The notes: a model not told the origin generated them from the sequence alone. 63,891 nucleotides of DNA, filler included, from Octopus bimaculoides (GCF_001194135.2; 6 parts of 5 records of this genome joined end to end with filler, not necessarily neighbours in it); one strand, 5' to 3'; shown: positions 26,589 to 40,309, numbered from the whole stretch's first letter. A program made the numbers and translations.

Positions 26589-27036
26589 CTCGAAAGGAAA
26601 GCCCGAATTTAATTGCTGTAATACTGGCCCTAAAAAAGACTGAACCGGTCACTGCTAATGGAGTAGAATATAGGGAACAAGAGACGCCCCTGTTAGGAAA
26701 CTCACCGAGTGGAAGAGATAGCATACACATATTACTTATGAATATGGTTAAGCTAATGCCGTCTCGAAACAGCTGTCAAGATAAGACTTTACATAAGTCT
26801 CCTCTTGTTTCGTTTTCTTCACTTTTATAATCCGTATTTTTTGCTTCATGCAAACATACGTCTTAAGTCTACTTGTACTTATCTCCCTTTCTACCGCCAT
26901 AACAGCTCGATGGGGATTGTTCATATAGCTAACTTTCGAGGCACAGACGCTGTCCCTGGAAGGAGAAGTTGGAGTTCCATTCAGTTTAAGCACCATTCTG
27001 TGTTATGTAAATTATGCTTATTTTGCTTGTACCTAT

Positions 27037-27091
<55 letters not shown>

Positions 27092-27287
27092 GTATGTATG
27101 TATGCATGCATGTATGAAAACAGGAGATTGGAAATGTTTTTGTATTATTTATTTTCCATTTCTAGTGTTTCATTTGCTAATAGTAGTTACTCTTACTTGT
27201 TCCCTATATTCTATTCAATCAGCAGTGACTGGTTCAGTCTTTTTAGGGCCAGTATTAAAGTAATTAAACTCGGGCTTTCCTTTCGAG
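26589..27287. repeat. Long inverted repeat: arms 26589-26681 and 27196-27287, spacer about 515 bp
   Basis: Left arm versus reverse complement of right arm: 7 substitutions plus 1 indel over 93 bp. Confidence 0.92.
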
Positions 27288-29903
27288 GGGGGTAGGGACA
27301 AGGAGATGAGTTTCCATGAAGAACTTCCACAAACCAACTTATACATACTTCACTCAAATATAACATCTACATACAGATTTGGAATACTGGAATAAGCAGA
27401 TGTGCTTCAAGAGGACACAGCTTGGATTTTAACCCTATCTACATAGCGCGCGCGCACTCACACACACACACACACACACACACATACATACATACATACA
27501 CACACAGCATCAGGCATGCTGTCAGAAAAGCAGATGGTGAGATATAGAGAGGGAAGGAAGGAAGAAAGGGTGAGAAAGATATTGAGAGAGAGCGATTAAG
27601 AGTCGAGAGGTGGAAAGTAGAAATATGTAACTCTCAGCAGTGGGATCACGACCCTAAAGATGGGGGTCGTTTTACGGACCGATTAAGGAGCACTCAGTTT
27701 GTAGAAGATGGTCAGAGCGAAAGGTGGTCGAAGTCCTGGGAGTACCCTAATCCTACCTAGATGGTGGTTTCCCAACACCATTTGCGAACAGATTGTTTTT
27801 TTGTTTTTTTTTGTTTTTTGCTTTGTGTACCATATTTCTTGCCTGCCTTCAAATATATATAATTCTTGAGATTATTTCTCCATCTCAGACGGAGTTTGTC
27901 TTTCAACTGCCACCAGGCGTTTGTCTTACTTTCTCTGGAAGTGAAACTAGTTTCAATAAATCGAGAATCTACCTTCTTCGATATCTAAAATACTCTCACT
28001 TCTCTCTATTACTGCATTGCCAGTGACTTATCTCTTCACAGTGTAGATAGGAGGGTGTGGGTGTAAATAAGTATCTGTATAGGTGTAAGCATTATTGTAT
28101 GGTTAGGAAAGTGGTAGCCACGTGGTTCCGAGTTCAGTCTCATTGCATGGCACTTTGGCCAGGTGTCTTCTACGATAGTCTCGGACCGGAAAATGCCTTG
28201 TCAATGGATGAGTGGCATCTGGAATATAAGGTTATCGATAAAGGATTAATGGATGGNNNNNNNNNNNNNNNNNNNNNNNNNNNNNNNNNNNNNNNNNNNN
28301 NNNNNNNNNNNNNNNNNNNNNNNNNNNNNNNNNNNNNNNNNNNNNNNNNNNNNNNNNNNNNNNNNNNNNNNNNNNNNNNNNNNNNNNNNNNNNNNNNNNN
28401 NNNNNNNNNNNNNNNNNNNNNNNNNNNNNNNNNNNNNNNNNNNNNNNNNNNNNNNNNNNNNNNNNNNNNNNNNNNNNNNNNNNNNNNNNNNNNNNNNNNN
28501 NNNNNNNNNNNNNNNNNNNNNNNNNNNNNNNNNNNNNNNNNNNNNNNNNNNNNNNNNNNNNNNNNNNNNNNNNNNNNNNNNNNNNNNNNNNNNNNNNNNN
28601 NNNNNNNNNNNNNNNNNNNNNNNNNNNNNNNNNNNNNNNNNNNNNNNNNNNNNNNNNNNNNNNNNNNNNNNNNNNNNNNNNNNNNNNNNNNNNNNNNNNN
28701 NNNNNNNNNNNNNNNNNNNNNNNNNNNNNNNNNNNNNNNNNNNNNNNNNNNNNNNNNNNNNNNNNNNNNNNNNNNNNNNNNNNNNNNNNNNNNNNNNNNN
28801 NNNNNNNNNNNNNNNNNNNNNNNNNNNNNNNNNNNNNNNNNNNNNNNNNNNNNNNNNNNNNNNNNNNNNNNNNNNNNNNNNNNNNNNNNNNNNNNNNNNN
28901 NNNNNNNNNNNNNNNNNNNNNNNNNNNNNNNNNNNNNNNNNNNNNNNNNNNNNNNNNNNNNNNNNNNNNNNNNNNNNNNNNNNNNNNNNNNNNNNNNNNN
29001 NNNNNNNNNNNNNNNNNNNNNNNNNNNNNNNNNNNNNNNNNNNNNNNNNNNNNNNNNNNNNNNNNNNNNNNNNNNNNNNNNNNNNNNNNNNNNNNNNNNN
29101 NNNNNNNNNNNNNNNNNNNNNNNNNNNNNNNNNNNNNNNNNNNNNNNNNNNNNNNNNNNNNNNNNNNNNNNNNNNNNNNNNNNGCTTAATGGCAATTCTT
29201 CCGGTTAATTACGTTTTGAGCTCAAATTCTGTCGCTGTCGATTTTGCCTTTCATATTTTCGGGGTCGATTAACTATGAACTAGTTAAGCATTGAGGGTGA
29301 TACGCGAGATTTAACCGTCCCATGAAATTGCTAGCCTTCGGCCAAAGCTTGGTACTATTACTACTACTACTATTGCTACATTGACCCCAGTGCTTAATTG
29401 GTATTTATTTTATCGACTCCGAAAGGATGAAAGGCAAAGTCGACCTCGGCGGAATTTGAACTCAGAACCTAAAGACGGACAAAATGTCGCTAAGCATTTT
29501 GTCCGGTATGCAAACGATTCTCCCAGCTCGCTTTAAATTAATATTAATTTTATTTTGCTTACAACAGACATCATTATGTTTCATTATTATCTGGTCGCCA
29601 TATCTCCTCCCAGAGTTGACTACAAACCGGTAAGGTGAGGGTAGTAGACCGGGTGAGACCCGGGTGGGTTGAGAGGGGAGAAGGAGAGAAAAAACGAAAG
29701 AAAGAGAGAGAGGTGAAGGGGAATTATCACAGTTTGGAGGTGATATTTCTCGCACCGCTGCCTCTCCTCGCACCATTTCCCATTTGGCACAGTGAGACAT
29801 GTTCCATTAACTAGACCGTCCTCCCTCGTAAACCAACACACGCCTGCGCACCCAGTCACATACGCACACACACACACACTAATGCACATACATCTTCGCA
29901 CAG

Positions 29904-29952
<49 letters not shown>

Positions 29953-31483
29953 GTACCTATTAGAAATCTGCACAAACGGACACAAACACATTCCCACATC
30001 TAAATTACGTTAACACACGCACGCACGATCACACACACACATTCGTCTCCCGTAGCGACATAAGTGAAGCGAAGGTTGTCAGTCGGATCCACAGCTCATG
30101 AGCCACCCGAAACACAAACGGGTGCTTCACGGTCAGCGAGCTCACCTCATGTGTGGTCACTCAAACTACAAGAAATAACAGCCAAATCTCTCTAAAATTA
30201 AACCCTTTCGTCTTGAAATCAGAAACTAACCAACTGGATTCTATCATCTGGGGTATATTAAACAGGAGGTAATAATAGAAAACAGACTGTATTGACACGG
30301 TTGGAGAGTCTTATCACACGTATGCTGAATCAGAGTTGATTTAAGGCGAAGTAGTTTCCAAATCTATGAGAAGAACCTCGCCTGTGCGGTTGCTTGAAAT
30401 GTTAGAAATAGCAAGTAAATATCCGTCAGATCATACCGTGGACGGTTTGGTTAGAAGTTTGCTTCCCAACCACACGGTTCTGGGTTCAGTCCCACTGTGT
30501 GGCACATTGAGCAAGTCTCTTCTATATAGCTTCGGGTCAACCACAGTCTTATGAGAGGATTTGGTAGACGGAAACCGAAAGAATCCCATTGTGTGTATGT
30601 GTGAGTGTGCACCACTACCGTCTGACAACCGGTGTTGGTGTGTATACGTCTCCGTAATTTAGTGGTTCAGCAAAAGAGACCGGCAAAATTAAGTACCATG
30701 CTTAACAAAAGAATAAGTCCTGGGGTCGATTCATTCGACTAAAATTCTTCAAGGTATTGCGCCAGCATGACCGCAGTCGTATGACAAACAAGTAAAGGAT
30801 TAAATGATGATGATGATGTAGTCTGCAGTATCCTATGACTGAACAGCAAACTACGGAATGGTCACGGTTGGAATGCATATGTAGTGTGATATGAAAGAAC
30901 TATTTTGCTGACTGTGGAAACATGCGGCAACTTCCGCCCAGCAGTAAAACGCGCCTTTTTTAAGGAGCTAAATTAGTTGCAGCTTTGACGGCGAGGAAGC
31001 AACATCATTTTCTCCTATATGACACCTATTCTATAATTTCTATAATCACCACCAATGTTATTAGTAGTGGACTGGACAGCCCCAGGGGTAAACTCAACTT
31101 TTCTGCTGTCCTTTACAGTGTTCACTAACAACACCGCGCAATTCGTTTGATGTATATCTATAACCATTCTGCTGCAGATAAACCACCACCTCAACCGACA
31201 GAAACTGAGCGAGACCCCTAAAGCCTATCGTGGTTAATAGCGGCCCCTCATAATCCTGGCAACAAGTTTACGGCTGTTATTTTACAAATACCTTTGCATT
31301 ACATCTACATCTTTGTGTTACGGGACAATTTTTGATATTTTTGACAATATTTACAAGTATGATACAAGCGGGTGTGGCTGTCTGGTAAGAAGTTTGTTTC
31401 CCAACCACATGATTCCGAGTTCAGTCCCAGTGTGACCAATTGGACGTTTGAGTGGATTTGGTAGATGGAAACTGAAAGCCCAT

Positions 31484-31522
<39 letters not shown>

Positions 31523-32384
31523 GATGGGGTATCACCACCACTTGGCAACTGGTGTTGGTTTGTTTACGTCCTCGTAAACTAGCAGTTCGGCAAAGTAACC
31601 GACAAAAGTAGCAATTCGACTAGAAATTCTTCAATGCGGTACTCCAGTATGGCCGCAGTCTAATGACTGAAACAAGTAAAGAATAGATGTTACAAGCAGG
31701 ACTTGAGTGCAATGACTGCAGAAATACAACCAGANNNNNNNNNNNNNNNNNNNNNNNNNNNNNNNNNNNNNNNNNNNNNNNNNNNNNNNNNNNNNNNNNN
31801 NNNNNNNNNNNNNNNNNNNNNNNNNNNNNNNNNNNNNNNNNNNNNNNNNNNNNNNNNNNNNNNNNNNNNNNNNNNNNNNNNNNNNNNNNNNNNNNNNNNN
31901 NNNNNNNNNNNNNNNNNNNNNNNNNNNNNNNNNNNNNNNNNNNNNNNNNNNNNNNNNNNNNNNNNNNNNNNNNNNNNNNNNNNNNNNNNNNNNNNNNNNN
32001 NNNNNNNNNNNNNNNNNNNNNNNNNNNNNNNNNNNNNNNNNNNNNNNNNNNNNNNNNNNNNNNNNNNNNNNNNNNNNNNNNNNNNNNNNNNNNNNNNNNN
32101 NNNNNNNNNNNNNNNNNNNNNNNNNNNNNNNNNNNNNNNNNNNNNNNNNNNNNNNNNNNNNNNNNNNNNNNNNNNNNNNNNNNNNNNNNNNNNNNNNNNN
32201 NNNNNNNNNNNNNNNNNNNNNNNNNNNNNNNNNNNNNNNNNNNNNNNNNNNNNNNNNNNNNNNNNNNNNNNNNNNNNNNNNNNNNNNNNNNNNNNNNNNN
32301 NNNNNNNNNNNNNNNNNNNNNACACACACACACACACACACACATACATACATACACATTAATTGCTGATAAGGACACAATCAT

Positions 32385-32640
32385 CATCATCATCATCATC
32401 GTTTAACGTCCGCTTTCCATGCTAGCATGGGTTGGACGATTTGACTGAGGACTGGCAAACCAGATGGCTGCACCAGGCTCCAATCTGATCTGGCAGAGTT
32501 TCTACAGCTGGATGCCATTCCTAACGCCAACCACTCCGAGAGTGTAGTGGGTGCTTTTACGTGCCACCGACACGAGAGCCAGTCACACGGCACTGGCAAC
32601 GGCCATGCTCAAAATGGTGTATTTTACGTGCCACCTGCCG
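32385..32640 (-). mobile_element. Representative short RTE-3'-end element with (CAT)n tail; relatives at about 18135-18400, 23215-23420, 35035-35445(+), 43415-43590, 45320-45480(+), 45530-45620, 53685-54170, 60770-61110
   Basis: Shared core CTACAGCTGGATGCCCTTCCTAACGCCAACCACTCCGAGAG, matching the 3' UTR of the RTE at 49455-52290. Confidence 0.75.
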
Positions 32641-33165
32641 CTATACAACCACAGCACACTAACAAACTACATTAAAGGCTTATTAGTTAATATTGCGTCC
32701 CACCTGTGTTAGCAGTGTAATTCAGTCACTGTTTAAAGTGATCTCATTATTTACATAGACGTATTCGTTTACGAATCGTCGTAACTTTCAATACTGGCTC
32801 TAATTTCTATCGTAAATCTATAGAGATAACTTTAAAAAGTGATTATATTTATGTGTGTGCGTGTATGTATGTATGTGTGTGTGTGTGCACGCGCGCGCAT
32901 TCATTTATACACATCAATTACTGATAGGGACATAGTATTTTTGCTATACAACCATAGTACACTACCAAGTATATTAAAGTCAATACTGCGTCCTACCTGT
33001 GTTAGCAGTGCGATTCAATCACTTAAAAATTATCTCTACAGATTTTCCATGGAAATTAGAGTTAGCACTGGTTTGTTACGACGTTTCGTACACGAATGCG
33101 TCGTAACTTTCAATGTTGGCTTTAATTTCTATAGAAAATCTGTAGAGATAACTTTAAAAAGTAAT
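32640..33165. repeat. Degenerate ~290-bp tandem duplication whose second unit carries a ~140-bp hairpin (arms about 33021-33061 and 33119-33162)
   Basis: CTATACAACCA..AATA(T/C)TGCGTCC.ACCTGTGTTAGCAGTG and CGTCGTAACTTTCAAT..GAGATAACTTTAAAAAGT each occur twice; ATTATCTCTACAGATTTTC pairs with GAAAATCTGTAGAGATAAC. Confidence 0.75.
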
Positions 33166-33548
33166 ATCATATATACACACACACACACANNNNNNNNNNT
33201 ATATATATATATATCTTCGTGATCAAATGGTGTTGAGTATGGTTCCCCTTGGCCTGGCAACTTGGGCAAATGTCGTCAAATATAATTTTGGCCAATACGA
33301 CCAATACTTCGTGCTTGAAATTAAGACGCGAAATTTGTGCAAGAACACCTTTCATTACACACATACACACCCACACACAGTTTGCACAATTCTTTGATAA
33401 TGGAGTAATCCATCTTCCTCACAAGATGAAACTACAGTTAATATGATGCCGTGGTTTTCATGCGTTTTCTCACGCTAATCATCGGCTCAATTCTGTATAA
33501 CATTCCTCCATTTCTAACTGGTCCTCCGTCTGTTACGACGATGAAGAG

Positions 33549-34308
33549 TGTTCCTATTGATTCGATCAACAGAACAACTTCCTCGTGTAATTAATGTGCA
33601 AGTGGTTGAATACTCCACGGACACGCGTACTCTTAACGTAGTTCTCCGGGAGAATCAGCTGGACACCGAATATGACAAGGCTGGTCCTTTACATAACAGG
33701 TACAACTTACTTTTGTCAGCTAAGCGAACTGGTGTGCGTTGCTCAAGGACACAACGCTCCGTTGGGAATCGAACTCACAATGTTACGATAGTGAGCCGAA
33801 CCACCTACCCACCCCTCCATTTATAATATCTCGAAAATCCGTTCCAATCATTTGCTTTCTTGTTAGGACAAGTAGTGACTCCAATTGCCAACAGTTGTGG
33901 ACACTTGACACAAATGGAGTCTTCCTGACCCACACATCTGGGACTGTGTTGCAGCTGTTGTTGCTGCTGCTGCTGCCACACACACACACGTTGTTGGCAC
34001 TCCGTCGCTTACGACGTCGAGAGTTCCAGTTGATCCGATCAACGGAACAGCCTGCTCGTGAAATTAACGTGCAAGTGGCTGAGCACTCCACAGACACGTG
34101 TACCCTTAACGTAGTTCTCGGGGATATTCAGCGTGACACAGAGTGTGACGAGGCTGACCCCTTTGAATTACAGGCACAACAGAAACAGGAAGTAAGAGTG
34201 AGAGAAAGTTGTGGTGAAAGAGTACAGCAGGGTTCACCACCATCCCCTGCCGGAGCCTTGTGGAGCTTTAGGTGTTTTCGCTCAATAAACACTCACAACG
34301 CCCGGTCT
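33549..34308. mobile_element. Two related SINE-like copies (33549-33810 and 34005-34308); CORE-like SINE relatives at about 11340-11530, 20300-20510, 23740-23975
   Basis: About 150 bp of shared body (GATCAAC.GAACA..AATTAA.GTGCAAGTGG.TGA..ACTCCAC.GACACG.GTAC.CTTAACGTAGTTCTC); GCTCAAGGACACAAC core and a tRNA-like end. Confidence 0.55.
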
Positions 34309-34408
34309 NNNNNNNNNNNNNNNNNNNNNNNNNNNNNNNNNNNNNNNNNNNNTTAATTAATTAANNNNNNNNNNNNNNNNNNNNNNNNNNNNNNNNNNNN
34401 NNNNNNNN
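34309..34408. other. Artificial 100-bp scaffold gap with embedded TTAATTAATTAA spacer; identical 44N+12+44N gaps at 7446-7545, 20874-20973, 60670-60769, 62751-62850
   Basis: Same 12-mer (stops in all six frames) centred in five gaps of identical length; an assembly marker, not biology. Confidence 0.92.
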
Positions 34409-34770
34409 CTCGCTCAACTGCGCCCCACACATAATAATCAAGGGGGTTGCAGTCTGGGGAGTTGGGTGGCCAGATGTTAGGGGGTGATGTGGTCGCAGAA
34501 ATTGTCTGATAGCCATTCCTGGGTTCTCCTGCTTGTGTGGCGTGATGCAGAGTCCTGTTGCCAGACATAGGGTCTTCCAGCAGCCACTCTCTTGACCCAG
34601 GGCAGCACTACCTCCTCCAGGCACTTGATGTAGGTCTCCGTGTTGAGTCTGAGGTTGTGTTGGAAGATGAACGGTGGCTTGACGTTGCCATCACTAGTGA
34701 TCACTCCAAATACTATGATGTTGATTGGATGTTTGATTTTTATCACTCTCGGTACATGTTCGTAGATTGC
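34409..34770 (-). mobile_element. DD37D (maT-type) Tc1/mariner transposase fragment
   Basis: VFGVITSDG..WQQDSASRHTSRRTQEWLSDNFCDHITP/NIWPPNSPDCNPLDYYVWGAVE. 37 residues lie between the catalytic Ds once a +1 C-run frameshift is corrected. Confidence 0.85.
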
Positions 34771-34771
34771 A

Positions 34772-34922
34772 CTGTCCTCAAATTGACACCCAAACATTCT
34801 GAAATGTTTGTATTGGAGCTTCTGACACAAATGTAGTATCCAAATTTCTGGCTAAGTGAATTGTGTCATGGTGCTGTTTTTCTCACAGATAGTGTCCAAC
34901 TGACCCTACTATACTGTGTAGT
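34772..34922 (+). repeat. ~150-bp dispersed repeat, second copy at 40672-40837
   Basis: TCCTCA.ATTGACACCCAAACA.TCTGAAATGTTTGTATTGGAGCTTCTG..GACCCTACTATACTGTGTAGT is near-identical in both copies. Confidence 0.8.
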
Positions 34923-35508
34923 TACTGGAGAGATTTGTGCCCAAGACACAAAAAGCCAAAAGAAATGCTGCCAAGCAATTTGTTCAGTGTAATAATGATT
35001 CCACCAGCTCACCATATATTTGTGTGTGAATGTTTAGTGGAACAAACATGCGAAATATATATCACAGAGGCGAGGTGGCTGAGTTCCTTTCGAGCGTTGG
35101 GCCTCATTGAGGCAAAGTGGCCGAGCTCCATTTGAATGTTGGGCCTCACTGAGGCAGTGACCAAGATCTTTGGCATTATGTCGCGCTTGAGGAGGAGACT
35201 CATCGAGCCGAGTGAAATCGCAGTCATGACAGATACTGGTGTCACACAAATGGCACCTGTGCCGGTGTCACATAAAAGCACCCATTACGCTCTTAGAGTG
35301 GTTGGCGTTAGGAAGGGCATCCAGCCGTAGAAAGCCATGCCAAATCAGACTGGGTCCTGGCACGGCCTTCCAGCGTACCAGCCCAGTCAAACTTTCCAAC
35401 CCATGCCATCATGAACAATGGTAGTTAAATGATGATGATGATGATATATGTCAGGCCACTTAGAATAAAGAATTTAGATTATGATGTTTTACAGTCAATA
35501 AATTAATC

Positions 35509-35976
35509 TACCATATTGGATGGCTTATGACTAAATTTTTTTCCTAAAAAAAAAATGTCTCAAAACATCACGCTAGATCTTATATGTAAAGTTGGGCTTT
35601 TCATGGACTTCGGTGCACTAAATATGCGCTGCTAAAATTGGGGTGCATCCAATATGCTTATGCATCTCTTACGTCATCAAATGTGTGTATGCATGTGTTT
35701 ATGTATGTATATATATGTATGTATAAATGTGTGTATGTACTTATACATGTACATATGTGTGTATGCGTGTGTGTATATTTTTAATCTTTTACTTGTTTCG
35801 GTCATTAGACTGTGGCCATGCTGGGGCACCCAACGCCTTGTAGTGTATGTATATATTTATATGTACTTGTGTGTATGTAATGTATGTAAATAAGTATTCT
35901 TGTAGTGACAATAGAATGTACTGAACTAGTGATTCTGGCGTTACGCACAACATGCACGTCTTTAGTCGGTTCAGCT

Positions 35977-36010
<34 letters not shown>

Positions 36011-36274
36011 CCATTGCTGTTAACTACATTCGAGTCGACCTCCCTCCCCCACTCCTGTAATAAATACCACAGATCTGTTTACTACTGATTGTAGTTTGGT
36101 AAACAACACCCTTCACATACCGACCGACCGACCGACCGACCGACCGACAGCCCAGGCTGATTCTGATGGAGCCACTGAGCCAACCAAAAGTAATTTCTCA
36201 TCAGTCAAGGTTATCACTGAGAAACAATCATCTTCTTACCGTTCTTCTCAAATAACTGGATTCCTTTTATTCCA

Positions 36275-36308
<34 letters not shown>

Positions 36309-37328
36309 TCCTTCCACCTTTGACTCTTACTTGCTCCCCCTTTCACTCTCCCTCTCTTCCTCCCCCGCCATCCCTTATGTCCTTGTTGTTACTAATTATC
36401 TGGCAAGATGCCCGCACAGTTCTTACGTAACCTGACATGTCATAAATATGCGAATACCATTGTTACCTCACTTAACATTACCAATGTAGGAAGAGACGTG
36501 TGTGTTTGTTCTGTTGCATCACGGCAGATCAGGCAGGGGGTGGTGGCTGTGGGGTTTGCAGTGCAGCATGCTATGGTGAGGCTATTGTGTGGTAACAGGG
36601 TGGGTGGAGAGAGAGAGATAAAAAACTATCATATTCGATGCATAAAAGATGCAGGTTTTTCCCCCCCAAAAAAAGAAACAAAAATGTCCCTAAAAATCAC
36701 CTCTGGTCCCATAAGCTTTAATGCATGAAAAACTTTTTTCCCCCAAATATGTGCAGCTGAAATTGGGGTGCATTTCATATACTCGTGTGTCTTTTATGCC
36801 ATCAAATATTTTGTGTGTATGTATGTGTGTGTGTGTGTGTATATATATATATTTATTCATTCAGTAATTATTAGCGATGGAAGCAATATTAAATATCAAA
36901 AAGCAATCTTTATATCCAAATAAACATGGATGTCTTGTTAGAACATCGGATGCTGCATTACTAGCCTTGAGAGGTCCTCTCTCATGTTGGCTTTTGATAC
37001 ATAAAAGCACAAACAGAGATAGTGTGCTTTTATGCACCAACACCTATATGAGAGGATCACTCAAGGCTAGTAATGTAGTATTCGGTTTTCTAATAAAACA
37101 CCCATGTTAAATTAGATATAAAGATTACCACACACACACACACACATTCTTATACCATATTTTATGGTATATCATGCATTTTGTTTTTGAAAAAAATGTC
37201 TCAGGAAATCACCCAAGCCTTCCCGTACACTTTAATGCACTCAAATATTTTGTCCCCTGAATATGCTCAACTGAAACTGGGGTCTGTCTAAATATGCCTG
37301 GGCGTTTTTTATGCCTTCAAATTCAGTA
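35509..37328 (+). mobile_element. Three short (~180 bp) same-orientation MITE-like copies (about 35509-35689, 36627-36812, 37153-37328), possibly pogo/Tc2-like
   Basis: Shared core AAAAATGTC..AAATATG..CTGAAATTGGGGTGC..TTATGCCATCAAAT and TA(C/T)CATATT left ends; family assignment tentative. Confidence 0.4.
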
Positions 37329-38657
37329 TTTGAGCATTGCTTGATTATTGTTCGTGTTTTTAGCCGTATTCAGTCCAGATCCTTTAAATCTTGTGTAATC
37401 AGGGATGTTCTAGTCACAATTGTCCCCTCTTTTATTTCAGACATAGTATATCCAGGACTACATTATCCAATGTAGCCTCCCTACCTTTTTTTTTTTAAAG
37501 ATTGTAGACTGGAGGTGTAGGCTGTTAGATAAATTTCTCATACATTACATCTATTATGTCTGCCCTGCTCCCATGTTTTTGTACTGCATTACATCCACTT
37601 TCTGTCCCCTTATCTTTCTCAGCCATCACATCTATCTAACCCCTGCCATGTCTTTGTCATACTCTGTATCCAACCTCCCCCATTTCTTTGCATTACATTA
37701 TATCCCCCCCCCCATCTTTGTCATACACCACACCCTACCCTTACTTTGTTATACATCACATCCACCAACCTCCACCTCTGTCATACATTGCGGCCATAAA
37801 TATATTTCACTGGTAACTTTGTGTGTGTGATGATGGCGTAACTGACCAACGCTTCAAAGTCACTGTCAACAATATTCTTGTTTAAGAATAAACCTGTACT
37901 CTAAAAATGTATAGAGTAATCCTTGAGATTAATGTAAAACTGTTTTTAATTATACATGAAAACAAACATTAACTATTATTTATATATGGGTTGTGGCTGG
38001 GTGTATAAATGTGTTTATGTGAGCATTGTATGGTGTATGTTCAAACATGAGTGAAATGCAGTCTCTATGTTAGTTTGTGGTGGCCAGGCTTGTTGCCACA
38101 GAACTCTACATATGTGGCCTTGTACAAGAACAATGGTCCACTAGAATTACTTGTCTCATCAGTAGTGAGCTGTACAAATGTAATGCGGTGTGTGGACTGC
38201 ACTGATGCTATGCTGTTGGGATGATCATGTCATTTGTTCTTCCCATGCAGAGACTGGGGGAAAAAATGGATGGCATCTAATATGACAGAATTTTGTGGCA
38301 TCTCATGGGGATAAAGTGTGGGACTCTGTTCTTTCTACAGCATCTGTGCTGGGTGTCCTTTCTAAACTCTCTCTGTACAATGTACCTGTAATAGTTAGTA
38401 TCCTGTGTGTCAACTCTGAGGAGTAGTTTAAACAGTCTTTATAAAATGTACCCAGAGTAGCCAGTACCACCCTGTTCTTTGTGTACTATTTGACCAAGGC
38501 ATTCAGTCTAAACTGTTTCTATTCATTTGTACCCTGGATGGTGAGTACTCTTTACTCAACCCTGAGAGCTCAGTCTAAACTACCTTTATGTAATGTACCT
38601 AGGGTGGCTAGTACCCTGTTCTTTCTGTACCATCTGTGCTGGGTGTTCATTCTAAAC

Positions 38658-38985
38658 CAGGGGTGGCCAACCTGAGGCCCGTGGGCCGCATGTCCCCCCC
38701 CCCCAGACTTTTATCTTGTGGCCTGCTTGATACTTTCTTGAAATGGGTTTATTTAAACAAACATTTAAAAAATTTTATCAAAATTTAAAGATTGTAATGA
38801 AAAGTAAAAAAGAAAGATGCTACTGTTTTTGCAATGATAATATTTCATGTTGAATCAACGATCATTCATTCATTATTGTAATAATAGCATGAGAGAGCAA
38901 AATGCTTTCAATTCTGTCAGTTTACAAGCGACCCTCAAAAAACTTTCTCTGATTAAAGTGACCCGCAATGTTATTTGTGTTGGTC
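38658..38985. mobile_element. hAT-Charlie-type MITE
   Basis: Starts CAGGGGTGGCCAACCTGAGGCCCGTGGGCCGCATG, typical of Charlie-like left ends, after TTCTAAAC. Ends ..GTGACCCGC..TGTGTTGGTC followed by (C)TAAAC / GTCTAAAC; the right TIR is truncated. Confidence 0.6.
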
Positions 38986-40237
38986 TAAACTGTCTAAACT
39001 GTCTCTATACAATGTGCTTGGTGAGTACGTCTGTTCTGAGGGCTCAGTCTAAACAATCTTTATATAAGGAGCCCAGAGTGGCCACTAGTACCCTGTTCTT
39101 TCTCTGTAACATAACATTTACTCAGTATAATCAAAATTCTATTGCTTCTGTACAGTGGCTATTTACAGCCATATTCATTTTTTTTTATATCATATCATTT
39201 ACCCAAAATGGTTAAGGAAGGCTCTGAACATTTTGAGTTTAAATGATACCAAACCATAAATGAGGAGGAGGAAAGGGATGTTGTAGTGAATCGATTAACG
39301 AAGGAAGATGCAGGAAGTTGCTTTGTCAGTTTGTTGTTATGTGACCAAGATCAGTGTTGTTCAGGAGGAGTTTGTGTTTGAGGAGAGAATATGGTTGAAG
39401 TTTTTACCAGGGGAGATAACTACAACCGGTTTTTGGTTTGTAATGTCTTTTGACAAATCTTCTTAGTCCTGCAGACCTAAAGCTTTGGAAAATAGAGGAC
39501 AGTGATCTCTGCTGATGCAGGACAGTTGGAATGGTGAGGCATATATCCATCTGTCCATTTTCTCTGCCCGTTATTCATGGAATAATCTTGGTGGGTAGAA
39601 TCCTTCGCATCTTCCCCCTAGGCTCCTTTCAGAATCAACCTTCATTACCTTTCCCTGTTGGATTGCCAAGTGTGACCAACTGAGATTATGGACATTATCC
39701 AACCATATTTTTTCTTGGTCTACCCCTAGGCCTCCTGCCAGTTGGCTTGGTTTGAAGAATCTGTCTTGCATTTCTATCCTGCTCCAATTGCCTCTTCAGG
39801 CATAGATACACATGATGGCATAGTCAGTCTGTTAGAGTCCTGGTTGATGCAATGGAGGAGAGGTTGAAGGCAGTGAAGGGGAATGGAATATCCCAAATTT
39901 TGCAAGTAAGGTGAAAACTTCAAGCAGGTCCCTGGGAGAAAGAAGAGTCCAAATTTGGAGGAGTTGTGGGAAATGCAAATATCACTTCCTCCTTGTCAAT
40001 TCTCATCAGTCTGACTCCATCATGTGATGTAAGGAAAGGAAGTGGAGGGTTAAAATGGTAGAGCTGACAGAGGCAAATGTTAGCAATGCATTTGATAGAA
40101 AAGACAGAAGATATCGTGAACTAGTCAAATTCTGTGAAAATTATGGATGGCAGGTAACATGTTTTCTTGTGTAAGCTGGTTTCATAGATATGCATCACAA
40201 CACCTATATATTTATATATATTTTTTTCTACTTCCAG

Positions 40238-40309
40238 GTTATCATAGATCGACATCCTGTTCGTTTCTTTGTGTATAAGCGACCTCATGTTGACTACTTC
40301 TTAGAAATA
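40238..40309 (+). CDS. CTDNEP1: CTDNEP1/Dullard internal exon (72 nt; human exon-4 equivalent)
   Basis: ttccAG|[24 protein letters not shown]|GTAAGT; near-identical to [24 protein letters not shown]. Confidence 0.95.

Noticed and set aside
28057-29272. Long ORFs of 250-400 aa here and at 10443-11207, 31620-32406, 47475-48520, 61215-62246
   Set aside because: They are open only because they run through N gaps.
39800-39850. THDGIV as a candidate for the CTDNEP1 HHDGV exon
   Set aside because: No upstream DLDETL or downstream PPDF; the frame closes quickly.
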